Of a stretch of DNA of 64,000 bases, positions 9,453 to 19,720 are shown piece after piece (position 1 is the stretch's first letter; each line of letters starts with the position of its first letter). Made by a program: the position numbers and the translations under genes. A model generated the notes under the pieces. That model saw only the letters and a list, made by a program, of their open reading frames with translations, was not told the DNA's origin and ran no database searches. Where the stretch lies: assembly GCA_964457335.1 (NCBI GenBank), contig CAYWGD010000026.1:2534-66533 (forward strand), given 5' to 3'. The DNA is from an uncultured Enterobacteriaceae bacterium (GTDB lineage Bacteria > Myxococcota_A > UBA796 > SXON01).

Positions 9453-11411
9453 ATGCTCGTCCTGCTCTCCCTGTTCGCCGCCCGCGCGACGGAGATGACG
9501 TTCAGCTGCCCCTCGGTGAGCGCGCCTCCCGACGCGCGGCCGTACTACGACACCGATCCCGTCGCCGTTGCCGACACGGCGTGGGACGAGGTGTACGCCT
9601 GGTTCGACGCGAGCTGCCTCACGACGTGCACGTCGGCGTACCCGGGCGGGACCTGCGAGTCGGCCTCCTGCGTCACCGGGGCCGGCGCGACGCTCGTGTG
9701 GGAGGAGGAGACCCACGAGGACGGCGACTCCATCGACGGGGAGCGGACCACCACCTACACGCTCGAGGTCACGCCGCCCGCCTCGTCCGGGCTGGCGTGG
9801 ACCTCGGCCGCGATCGCGTGGACGAGCGTGGAGTGGTGGTCGGGGAGCTTCAACGACGGCACCAGCGAGACCTACGCCGTCTCCTGGAGCGGAGAGCTGC
9901 AGTCCGGCTGGACCGTGGACGGCTGGTTCGACGCGTACGGGTACGAGTCCCAGAGCACGGGCTCAACGTACGTGACCTACGCGGGGTGGACGTGGAGCTC
10001 CGACGGCTGCGAGTGGGCCGCGGACCACGTCGACGACTTCGACGTCGGCGAGACGATCACCGTCGCGGTGAACGCCGACCCGACCATCGAGGTCGTGTAC
10101 CCCTACTACGTGAGCGAGACCTGCGACACCGAGGGCCCCGGCACCTGGCGCGGGTACATCGACGGGGCGCTCTACGGGGTGGTGGACGAGACCACCTGGG
10201 AGCTCGCCGGGGACGCCGACGGGGACGGCTTCGCCACGACCGACTGCGACGACGGCGACGCCTCGGTGAACCCCTGCGCCGCCGAGGTCGCGCTCGACGG
10301 CGTGGACTCCGACTGCGACGGCGCGGAGGACGTCGACGGCGACGGCGGGGTGGGCGGGGCCGAGGGCGGCGACGACTGCGACGACACCGACCCCACCATC
10401 TACGCCGGCGCTCCCGAGACGCCCTACGACGGCGTCGACCAGGACTGCGACGGCGCGGACCTCACCGACGCGGACGGCGACGGCGCCGACGCGCTGGTCG
10501 CCGGCGGGACGGACTGCGACGACACCGACCCGGCGACCTACGTGGGCGCCCCCGAGACGCCGTATGACCGCGTCGACCAGGACTGCAGCGGCGCGGACCT
10601 CACCGACGTGGACGGCGACGGCTTCGACGCCATCGTGACGGGCGGCAGCGACTGCGACGACACCGACCCCGACGTGGGGGCGGGCCTGGCCGAGGTGCCC
10701 TACGACGGGGTCGACCAGGACTGCGACGGCGCCGACCTCACCGACGTGGACGGCGACGGGGCGGACGCGATCGCCGTCGGGGGCGACGACTGCGACGACG
10801 AGGACGCCACCGCGTTCGTCGGGGGCGCGGAGGTCGCCTACGACGGCGTCGACCAGGACTGCGACGGCGCCGATCTCACCGACGTGGACGGCGACGGCGA
10901 CGCCGCGATCGCGGCCGGCGGCGACGACTGCGACGACGGCGACGCCGACGTCTACGCCGGGGCGGCCGAGGTCGCGTACGACGGCGTCGACCAGGACTGC
11001 GACGGCGCGGACCTCACCGACGTGGACGGCGACGGCGGGGACGCCCTGGCCGCGGGCGGTGACGACTGCGACGACGCCGACGCGAGCGTGTACGCGGGCG
11101 CCACCGAGGTGCGCTACGACGGCGTCGACCAGGACTGCGACGGCGCGGACCTCACCGACGCCGACGGCGACGGCGCCCACGCGCCCGGCGTGGGCGGCGA
11201 CGACTGCGACGACAACGACCCCGACGCCTACATCGGCGCCCCCGAGGTGGAGTGTGACGGCGTCGACCAGGACTGCGACGGGGTGGACAGCTGCCCGCCC
11301 CCCTCCGCGGGCCCGCCCGAGGAGGAGGACACCGGCTGCGGGGGCGGCGGCGCGGCCTTCCTGCTCTCGCTGGGCGTGCTCGCGGCCCCGCGTCGGCGGG
11401 CGCGCCGGTGA
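9453..11411 (+). CDS. Secreted protein: unknown N-terminal domain, 46-aa Asp/Cys-rich MopE-like tandem repeats and MYXO-CTERM-like tail
   Basis: Signal-like MLVLLSLFAARA; repeats YDGVDQDCDGADLTD; C-terminus GCGGGGAAFLLSLGVLAAPRRRARR. Confidence 0.8.
   Translation: MLVLLSLFAARATEMTFSCPSVSAPPDARPYYDTDPVAVADTAWDEVYAWFDASCLTTCTSAYPGGTCESASCVTGAGATLVWEEETHEDGDSIDGERTTTYTLEVTPPASSGLAWTSAAIAWTSVEWWSGSFNDGTSETYAVSWSGELQSGWTVDGWFDAYGYESQSTGSTYVTYAGWTWSSDGCEWAADHVDDFDVGETITVAVNADPTIEVVYPYYVSETCDTEGPGTWRGYIDGALYGVVDETTWELAGDADGDGFATTDCDDGDASVNPCAAEVALDGVDSDCDGAEDVDGDGGVGGAEGGDDCDDTDPTIYAGAPETPYDGVDQDCDGADLTDADGDGADALVAGGTDCDDTDPATYVGAPETPYDRVDQDCSGADLTDVDGDGFDAIVTGGSDCDDTDPDVGAGLAEVPYDGVDQDCDGADLTDVDGDGADAIAVGGDDCDDEDATAFVGGAEVAYDGVDQDCDGADLTDVDGDGDAAIAAGGDDCDDGDADVYAGAAEVAYDGVDQDCDGADLTDVDGDGGDALAAGGDDCDDADASVYAGATEVRYDGVDQDCDGADLTDADGDGAHAPGVGGDDCDDNDPDAYIGAPEVECDGVDQDCDGVDSCPPPSAGPPEEEDTGCGGGGAAFLLSLGVLAAPRRRARR
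10296..11285 (+). repeat. Intragenic 138-bp (46-aa) tandem repeat
   Basis: Anchor GTCGACCAGGAC at 10434, 10572, 10710, 10848, 10986, 11124 and 11262 (exact 138-bp spacing), plus a degenerate unit at about 10302. Confidence 0.9.
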
Positions 11412-14272
11412 GGGCGCTCGTCTTCTTCGGCCTCGCCGCGTGCGTGGCGGAGAAGCCGCCCGGGGACACCGCCGATCCCTGCGCGGGCGTCGTGCTCTAC
11501 GCGGACGCGGACGGGGACGGCTTCGGTGACGACGGGCGCCCGGGGAGCGGGTGCGACCTGGACGGGTACGTCTCGACCGGCGGCGACTGCGACGACGCCG
11601 CCCCCGCGGTGCGCCCCGGCGCGCCCGAGACCTGCGACGGCGTGGACGAGGACTGCGACGGCGCGATCGACGAGGGCGACGCGATCGACCCATCCACCTT
11701 CTACGCCGACACCGACGGCGACGGCTTCGGCGACGCCGCGTCCACCACCCGCGCGTGCGCCGCGCCCGAGGGCCACGTCGCGGACGCCACGGACTGCGAC
11801 GACGCCGACGCCACCGAGTTCCCCGGCGCCGCCGAGGTGTGCGACGGCGACGACGACGACTGCGACTTCCAGGTGGACGAGGACGACGCCACCGACGCGC
11901 CCACCTGGTACGCGGACCTCGACGCGGACGGCTACGGCGACGCCGGCACGGTCGCGGTCTCGTGCCACCCGCCGCCCCGCCACGTCTCGAACGCCGCCGA
12001 CTGCGACGACGGCGACGCGCGGCGCTCCCCCGACGCCAGCGAGCGCTGCGACGGTGAGGACGACGACTGCGACGGGGTCGTGGACGAGGACGCGATCGAC
12101 GCGCCCACCTGGTACACCGACCTCGACGCGGACGGCTTCGGCGACCCCGGCACGCCGGTGGCCGCCTGCGCGCTCTCCGTCGGCTTCACCGACGACGCCT
12201 CCGACTGCGACGACGACGACGGGCGCGTGAACCCCGCCGCCACGGAGATCTGCGACGGCGTCGACGACGACTGCGACGGCACCGTCGACGAGCCCGACGC
12301 CGCCGACGCGCCCCCCTGGTACGCGGACGCCGACGGGGACGGCCACGGCGACGCGGGCGTCGTCACGGCGGCCTGCACGGAGCCCGCCGGCTACGTCGCG
12401 TCCGCCGCCGACTGCGACGACACCGACGCCACGATCAGCCCGGACGCTACGGAGCGCTGCGACGACGTGGACGTCGACGAGGACTGCGACGGGCTCGTGG
12501 ACGACGCCGACAGCGGCGCCCTGGACCCGACGACCTGGTATTCCGACGCCGACGCCGACGGTTACGGCGATCCCGCCGTCACCACGAGCGCGTGCGCGGC
12601 CCCCGCCGCCCACGTCGCGAACGCCGAGGATTGCGACGACACGAGCGCCGCCGTGAGCCCCGCCGCGGACGAGACCTGCGACGAGGTCGACGACGACTGC
12701 GACGGCGCGGTCGACGACGCCGACGACGACGTGGTGGGCGCGCCGAGCTGGTACACGGACGCGGACGCCGACGGCTGGGGGGACGGCGTCGCCGCGGCGT
12801 CCTGCGAGGCGCCCGCCGGCGCGGTGGCCGACGAGGGCGACTGCGACGACACCGACGACACCGTGAGCCCCGACGCCGAGGAGATCTGCGGGGACGGCGT
12901 GGACCAGGACTGCAACGGCGCGGACGCCTCCTGCTCGCTGGAGGGCGCGTACGGCGTGGCGGACGCGGACCTCACCCTCTACGGCGAGGGGTACCGTCAC
13001 TACGCGGGGCGTTCCCTCGCCGGTGGGGGCGACCTGGACGGGGACGGGTACGACGACGTGTTGATCAGCGCGAACGACAGCGTCTACATCGCGATGGGAC
13101 CGCTCGCTGCGGGGACGCTCGCCGACGTGCCCGCGCGGTCCACGTCGACGTCCGCGAGCGACGACTACGGGGACTCCGTGACGATCGGCCCCGACTTCGA
13201 CGGCGACGGCACGGCGGACTGGGCCGCGGGCGCGCGGTATGCCGACGGGGGTGGGGCGAGCTCGGGGGAGGTGTACCTGTTCTCGGGCGCTCCCGCCGCG
13301 GCGAGCACCCGTGCACTCGACGAGGCGGCGCACGTGTTCGTCGGGGCGATGTCCGGCGACTTCCTCGGGTGTGCCGTGGCGCTGCTGCCGAGCCTCGACG
13401 GGGACGGCTACGGGGAGCTCCTGGTCGGGGCGTACGGCGAGAGCCCGCTGAGCGGGGGGGCGGGCGTGGCGTACCTCTTCTCCGGCCCGACGACCGGGAG
13501 CGTCGAGCGCGCCGTGTCCACCGCCGACGCCGTCCTCGTCGGGGAGGCGGCCGACGACTACTTCGGCGCCCGGCTGGCGTCCGCGGGCGACCTCGACGGG
13601 GATGGGCTGGGTGACATCGTGGTCGGCGCGCCCCGGCACGACGCGGGCGGGACCAACACGGGCGCCGTGTACGTATTCACGACGCCGCCCGCCGGGACGG
13701 TATACGCCTCGGCCGCGGACGCGAAGCTCACGGGCTCTTTGGCCGGCACGGTCGGCTACGCGACGGCGGGGGCCGGTGACGTCGACGGGGACGGCCTCGA
13801 CGACCTGCTCGTCGGCGTGTACGACGACGACACCGCCGGCTCGTCCGCCGGCGCGGCGTACCTCGTTGGCGGCGGGCTCGCGGGGGAGAGCGCGGTCGCC
13901 TCGTCCTACACCGCCCGGGTGCTCGGCGACGCGGCGAGCGACCTGGCGGGCACTTCGGTGGCGGGGGCCGGAGACGTGGACGGCGACGGGTTCGCCGACT
14001 TCCTCGTCGGGGCGTACGGCAACGACGCGGGCGGCTCCCGAGCGGGCGCGAGCTGCCTGCGGTACGGCCCCGTGTCCGGCAGCGTTTCCCTCTCGTCGTG
14101 CGACGCGGTCTTCGTCGGGGCCGCCACGGACGACCTCGTCGGCTTCGCGGTGGCCACCGCCGGCGACGTGGACGGGGACGGCTTCTCCGACCTGTTGATC
14201 CCCGCCTACGCGGACGACACGGTCGCCAGCGACGCCGGCGCGATCCACCTGTGGTACGGCCGCCCGCGGTAG
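11408..14272 (+). CDS. Lipoprotein with 7 MopE-type repeats and an FG-GAP beta-propeller (paralog of 7355-9367)
   Basis: GTG start overlaps the upstream stop (GTGA). MRALVFFGLAAC lipobox; same FG-GAP region as the paralog and identical end HLWYGRPR. Confidence 0.85.
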   Translation: MRALVFFGLAACVAEKPPGDTADPCAGVVLYADADGDGFGDDGRPGSGCDLDGYVSTGGDCDDAAPAVRPGAPETCDGVDEDCDGAIDEGDAIDPSTFYADTDGDGFGDAASTTRACAAPEGHVADATDCDDADATEFPGAAEVCDGDDDDCDFQVDEDDATDAPTWYADLDADGYGDAGTVAVSCHPPPRHVSNAADCDDGDARRSPDASERCDGEDDDCDGVVDEDAIDAPTWYTDLDADGFGDPGTPVAACALSVGFTDDASDCDDDDGRVNPAATEICDGVDDDCDGTVDEPDAADAPPWYADADGDGHGDAGVVTAACTEPAGYVASAADCDDTDATISPDATERCDDVDVDEDCDGLVDDADSGALDPTTWYSDADADGYGDPAVTTSACAAPAAHVANAEDCDDTSAAVSPAADETCDEVDDDCDGAVDDADDDVVGAPSWYTDADADGWGDGVAAASCEAPAGAVADEGDCDDTDDTVSPDAEEICGDGVDQDCNGADASCSLEGAYGVADADLTLYGEGYRHYAGRSLAGGGDLDGDGYDDVLISANDSVYIAMGPLAAGTLADVPARSTSTSASDDYGDSVTIGPDFDGDGTADWAAGARYADGGGASSGEVYLFSGAPAAASTRALDEAAHVFVGAMSGDFLGCAVALLPSLDGDGYGELLVGAYGESPLSGGAGVAYLFSGPTTGSVERAVSTADAVLVGEAADDYFGARLASAGDLDGDGLGDIVVGAPRHDAGGTNTGAVYVFTTPPAGTVYASAADAKLTGSLAGTVGYATAGAGDVDGDGLDDLLVGVYDDDTAGSSAGAAYLVGGGLAGESAVASSYTARVLGDAASDLAGTSVAGAGDVDGDGFADFLVGAYGNDAGGSRAGASCLRYGPVSGSVSLSSCDAVFVGAATDDLVGFAVATAGDVDGDGFSDLLIPAYADDTVASDAGAIHLWYGRPR

Positions 14273-14345
14273 CGCGCCGGGAGGGCACCGGAACCGCCGA
14301 CGTCCCCCGGAGGCACGGCTGCCGACGCACCGCGGAGCGGGTGCC

Positions 14346-15401
14346 CTACTCCGCCCCCGACACCCGCGCGGCGAGCATCCCGCACGCGGAGTTCTGCTCG
14401 CTCCCCACGGAGTAGCGCCGCACGATCGGCACCCGCATGGCCTGCAGCCCGTCCCGGAGCGCGTCCAGCTCCTCCGGGGTCGCGCGCCGGTAGCCGTCGG
14501 GGCGCGGGTCGTTCACGTCGATGAGGTTGATGCGCACGGGGATGCCGGCGAGGGCGGCGCGGAGGGCCTCGACGTCCTCGTCGCCGGTGTTCACGCCCCC
14601 CATCACCACCCAGGCGACCGTGACGCGGTCCCGGGTGGCCTCGGCATGCGCGCGGATCGCGTCCACGAGCTCGGAGAGGTCGGTCCGGCCGGCCACCGGG
14701 AGGAGCGTGCGCCGCTTGTGCGGGACCGCCGAGGTCAGCGAGACGATCAGCTTGTAGGGGTGCCCCTCGCGCGTGTACCGGCGGATCTGCGGGACGAGGC
14801 CGACCGTGGAGATGGTGATGGCCTCCTTCGCGACGCGCCCGCCCGAGGGGTCGGAGAGCACGCGGGCGGCCTGGACGACGGCGTCGTAGTTGTGGAGGGG
14901 CTCGCCCTGCCCCATGAACACCGCCCCGCTCACGCGGCCGCCGGCCGCGCGGGCCTCGTCGCGCACGGTCAGGAAGGCCGACAGGATCTCCCACGGCGCG
15001 AGGTTGCGCGTGAGCCCGAGGCGGCCCGTCGCGCAGAAGGCGCATTGCATCGCGCAGCCGACCTGCGAGGAGAGGCACACCGTGTAGTGGTCGGGCTTGT
15101 GGAGGCCGATGCGCACGGCCTCGGAGAGCGCGCCGTCCGGCGACCTGAACAGGTATCGAACGCTCTTGCCCTCGGTGTCGGGCACGCGCTCGATCAGCTC
15201 GAGGCGGGTCCAGGTCGTGTGGCGGCGGAGCGCCTCCACCAGCGCCCTCCGCGGAACGCGCCGGGGGGCCGGGTCGTCGTCCCCGTCCGAGACGATCCGC
15301 GAGAGCACCTGCCGCGCCTCCGCCTCCGAGCAGACCTCGCCCACCGACGCGAGGTGCGCCACGAGGTCGGCGGGGAGCATTCCGAGGAGGTTCGGGGACA
15401 T
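14346..15401 (-). CDS. rlmN: RlmN/Cfr-family radical SAM RNA methyltransferase
   Basis: CLSSQVGCAMQCAFCATG (CxxxCxxC), VFMGQGEPL, ISTVG and C-terminal SACGML. Start uncertain (15401 or 15416). May be a secondary paralog. Confidence 0.8.
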   Translation of the reverse strand: MSPNLLGMLPADLVAHLASVGEVCSEAEARQVLSRIVSDGDDDPAPRRVPRRALVEALRRHTTWTRLELIERVPDTEGKSVRYLFRSPDGALSEAVRIGLHKPDHYTVCLSSQVGCAMQCAFCATGRLGLTRNLAPWEILSAFLTVRDEARAAGGRVSGAVFMGQGEPLHNYDAVVQAARVLSDPSGGRVAKEAITISTVGLVPQIRRYTREGHPYKLIVSLTSAVPHKRRTLLPVAGRTDLSELVDAIRAHAEATRDRVTVAWVVMGGVNTGDEDVEALRAALAGIPVRINLIDVNDPRPDGYRRATPEELDALRDGLQAMRVPIVRRYSVGSEQNSACGMLAARVSGAE

Positions 15402-15508
15402 CGCCGCCGCGGGCATAACGCGGGGGGTGGCCGGCCTGGCTCGAGCCGTTCCCGCCGGCGGCGGATGCTTCCCGCCGAAGGTTGGGCTATGCTCGGAAAT
15501 AATCAGCC

Positions 15509-16025
15509 ATGAACCTATATCTTCGCCTAATCGCGGTCGTCGCCGCCGCATTGCGGGGCCCGCCGTTACGCCCGCTCGACACGTCGCGCCTGCCGTTCCG
15601 GACGATGCCGGGCGACCTCGACCTGAACGGTCACATGAACAACGGACGCTACCTCACGCTGATGGACCTCGGCCGCATCGACCTGTGCGTCCGCAACGGG
15701 ATGCACCGCGCGCTGATGTCCAACGGCTGGAAGCCGGTGGTGGGCTCCGTGATGATCCGCTTCCGCAAGTCCCTGCACCTGGGCGTGCGCTTCGAGCTCG
15801 CGACGCGCGTGCTGGGGTGGGACCAGCGCGCCTTGTACATGGAGCACCGCGTCGAGCGGGACGACGAGGTCTTCGCCATCGGGGTCGTCCGCGGGGTGTT
15901 CGCCAGTCGCGACGGGTTGATCCCGCCCGAGCGCCTCGCCCGCCTCGTCGGCTACCAGGGGCGCTCGCCCGACCTCCCCCCCGCGGTCGCGGCGTGGCGC
16001 GACACCGAGCAGGACCTCCTGGCGA

Positions 16026-16042
<17 letters not shown>
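15509..16042 (+). CDS. Thioesterase family (hotdog fold, 4HBT-like) protein
   Basis: DLDLNGHMNNGRYLTLMDLGR motif; FRKSL. Confidence 0.88.
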
Positions 16043-17234
<1,192 letters not shown>

Positions 17235-17431
17235 GTCGGACTCGGGGAGGAAGCCGATGATACCGCGAATCACGTCGCGGCTGGCTCCGGTCCCCCCATC
17301 CGGGGGGACTTCCCTCCGGCCCGGCCCGGGCGTAGACTGACCTCGTCATCACCTTCGCCGGTGACCGGCGGCCACGGACCCCCGCGGGGGAACACGGAGC
17401 CCGCGCCCGTGGACGCAAACGGCACTCTGCT

Positions 17432-18256
17432 CTACGGGCACCGTGGGGCGTGGTCGCCGGTCGCGGCGAATCGCAGCACCAGGAACTTCACGCGGCGCCG
17501 ATCCCCGGGCGCCACCCCGAACACGGCCTCCACCTCCGCCCCGGGGCAGTCCCCGGGGTCGAAGGAGGGCGGCACCTTCGCCCAGACCGCCGCGAAGCGC
17601 CCCGCGGCGAGCGGCAGGAGCTCCGCGAGCAGCGGCAGGTCGGAGAGCCCCACGCGCTCGCGGCTCCAGTCCACCCCCCACGGCGGGTCCACGAACAACA
17701 CGTCGCCGGAGAGCGTCGGGACGACCTCGCGGGCGTCTCCGCGCACGAGCCGCACCCGGTCGGCGACGCCGTAGGCCGCGAGGTTGGCCCGCGCGAGCGC
17801 GAGGCGACCCGCGTCCCGGTCGATCGCGACGACATCGGCGCCGGCGCGCGCGAAGCCGATGGTGTTCCCCCCGGCGCCGCACGTCGCGTCGACGACGCGC
17901 TTGCCGGCCAGCGGGCGGGCGAGCGCCAGGGCGAGCGCCTCGGGGGTGAGCGAGACGCGCCCCTCTTCGTCGAGCCGGACGCCGGGGCGCGTGAAGCCCG
18001 GGGACGTGTCCCGGCGGCGCCGCGCGTCCTCGGTGCGGGCGGCGCGCACGGCCGCGCGGGGGAGCGGGGGGTCGGTCTCGACGACGAGCGGGCCGCCCCC
18101 GAAGCCGAGCCCGCGGAGCCGCGCCGCCACGTCGGCCGCCTCCGCCACCGTGAGGTCCGCGGTGGCCAACGCCCCGTCGCGCACGAACCCGGGACCCAGC
18201 AGGCGCTCCACGGGCAGCCAGGCGGGGAGCGGCGCTACGCGGACACGGACGGGCAT
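17432..18256 (-). CDS. Class I SAM-dependent methyltransferase resembling trimethylguanosine synthase (Tgs1)
   Basis: LDEEGRVSLTPEALA, VVDATCGAGGNTIGFA, VVAIDRD, LARANLAAYGVADRV, VLFVDPPWG. Start re-assigned to MPVRVRVAP. Confidence 0.75.
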   Translation of the reverse strand: MPVRVRVAPLPAWLPVERLLGPGFVRDGALATADLTVAEAADVAARLRGLGFGGGPLVVETDPPLPRAAVRAARTEDARRRRDTSPGFTRPGVRLDEEGRVSLTPEALALALARPLAGKRVVDATCGAGGNTIGFARAGADVVAIDRDAGRLALARANLAAYGVADRVRLVRGDAREVVPTLSGDVLFVDPPWGVDWSRERVGLSDLPLLAELLPLAAGRFAAVWAKVPPSFDPGDCPGAEVEAVFGVAPGDRRRVKFLVLRFAATGDHAPRCP

Positions 18257-18376
18257 CGCGCCCGGCTCTATCCCGCCTCCGAGGTGCGTCGCCGCCCGGC
18301 GGCCCCCGGCCCCCCCTGTCCCGTCTCCGGCTCGCCGGCTACAGTTCGCGACCGGAGGTCCGATGTCGCGAGCGGC

Positions 18377-19090
18377 ATGGCGTTCGGGAGGGGGGAGACA
18401 GCCGTGTCCGTCGGGAAGGTAGGCCGGACCAGCCTGGACGCCCCGGCGCACGTCCTCGCGGGGGCGATCGCGCACGACATCAACAACGCGCTCACGGGCA
18501 TCTTCGGCGGGCTCGACTTCGCCCGGGTGTCCGCCGCGAGCGGCCAGCACGACCGGCTCGCGGAGGACCTGCAGCAGATCCGGGAGGGGGCCGACCGCCT
18601 CCTCGCGCTCTCCCGGCTCCTCGAGGCGCGCGCGAGCGTGACCGGCCCGCCGCTCCCGACCGCGCTCCCGACCGCCCCCCAGGCCGCCCCGCCGATCGCC
18701 GTGGGCGCCTCGCGCGGCCGGGTGCTCGTCATCGACGACGAGCCCACCCTCGTCGAGCTCGTCGTGCAGGCGCTCACCGGGGCGCACGACGTCGTCACGT
18801 GCTCCTCCGCGCGCGTCGGGCTCGGGCGCATCGCCGCCGGCGAGCACTTCGACGCCATCCTCTGCGACCTCATGCTGCCGGAGCTCGACGGCCCCGCCAT
18901 GTACGAGGCGCTGCACGCGGTCTCGCCCGAGCTGACCCGGCGGCTCGTGTTCATGACGGGCGGCGCGTTCACCCCGCGGGCGCGCGCCTTCCTCGAGGGG
19001 CACCCGGGCACCACGCTGGCCAAGCCCTTCGGCATCCTGGCGCTCCGCGAGGCCGTGGCCCACGCGGTGGCGCGGTCGCGCGGGGAGTAG
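18377..19090 (+). CDS. HisKA (DHp) plus receiver domain protein with no HATPase domain
   Basis: H-box AIAHDINNALTGI, Pro-rich linker, then REC (RVLVIDDEP, ILCDLMLP, FMTGG, LAKPF). Confidence 0.8.
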   Translation: MAFGRGETAVSVGKVGRTSLDAPAHVLAGAIAHDINNALTGIFGGLDFARVSAASGQHDRLAEDLQQIREGADRLLALSRLLEARASVTGPPLPTALPTAPQAAPPIAVGASRGRVLVIDDEPTLVELVVQALTGAHDVVTCSSARVGLGRIAAGEHFDAILCDLMLPELDGPAMYEALHAVSPELTRRLVFMTGGAFTPRARAFLEGHPGTTLAKPFGILALREAVAHAVARSRGE

Positions 19091-19132
19091 CGCGGACCCC
19101 GCGGCGCCCTCGCGTCCGCGATAGACGCGCGC

Positions 19133-19627
19133 ATGCGCACGCTCCTGCTCCTCCCCCTCCTCGCCGCCTGCGCGGGCGACGAGGGCGGCCCCGCCTCCAC
19201 CTGCACCGACGCCGACTCCCTCGCCGAGGGCGTCGTCACCGCGACCGTGTCCGGCTCGACCTGGGAGAGCGACGCGACCTGGCTCTGGCAGGGCGAGAGC
19301 GTGCAGATCACGGCCGCCGCCGCCGACGGGTGGAACATCACCTTCGTCGGGCGCACGCTCGCGGACGGGACCACCGTGAAGGCCGCGGCGGACGCCGGGA
19401 GCTTCCCGATCGAGGTCGTCCTGGCCGAGGGCGGGGGCGGCTGGGCGCTCGCCTACCCGAGCGACGGGGACTCCTACTCCACGGACGCGGGGAGCGGCAC
19501 GCTCGTCCTGACGGGGCTCGCGGACGACGTCCTCGCGGCCTGCTTCGACTTCGTGGCCGCGCGTGAGAACGGGGACGAGGTCGAGGTCGTCGACGGCGCC
19601 GTGCGGGCCGTGCCCTTCGAGATGTGA
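19133..19627 (+). CDS. Hypothetical lipoprotein
   Basis: MRTLLLLPLLAAC lipobox; codon usage typical of the host. Confidence 0.7.
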   Translation: MRTLLLLPLLAACAGDEGGPASTCTDADSLAEGVVTATVSGSTWESDATWLWQGESVQITAAAADGWNITFVGRTLADGTTVKAAADAGSFPIEVVLAEGGGGWALAYPSDGDSYSTDAGSGTLVLTGLADDVLAACFDFVAARENGDEVEVVDGAVRAVPFEM

Positions 19628-19720
19628 CCCGCGCCGCCGGCCGCGCCCCCTTCCCGAGGCGCCGCGGGGGGCCTATCTCCCCGTTGCCGGGCTCGGTTCC
19701 GGCGCGCTCGGGGGGACGCA

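Noticed and set aside
10296-11285. Possible CRISPR or DGR repeat array
   Set aside because: The repeats are in-frame 46-aa protein repeats with synonymous variation; no spacers and no reverse transcriptase.
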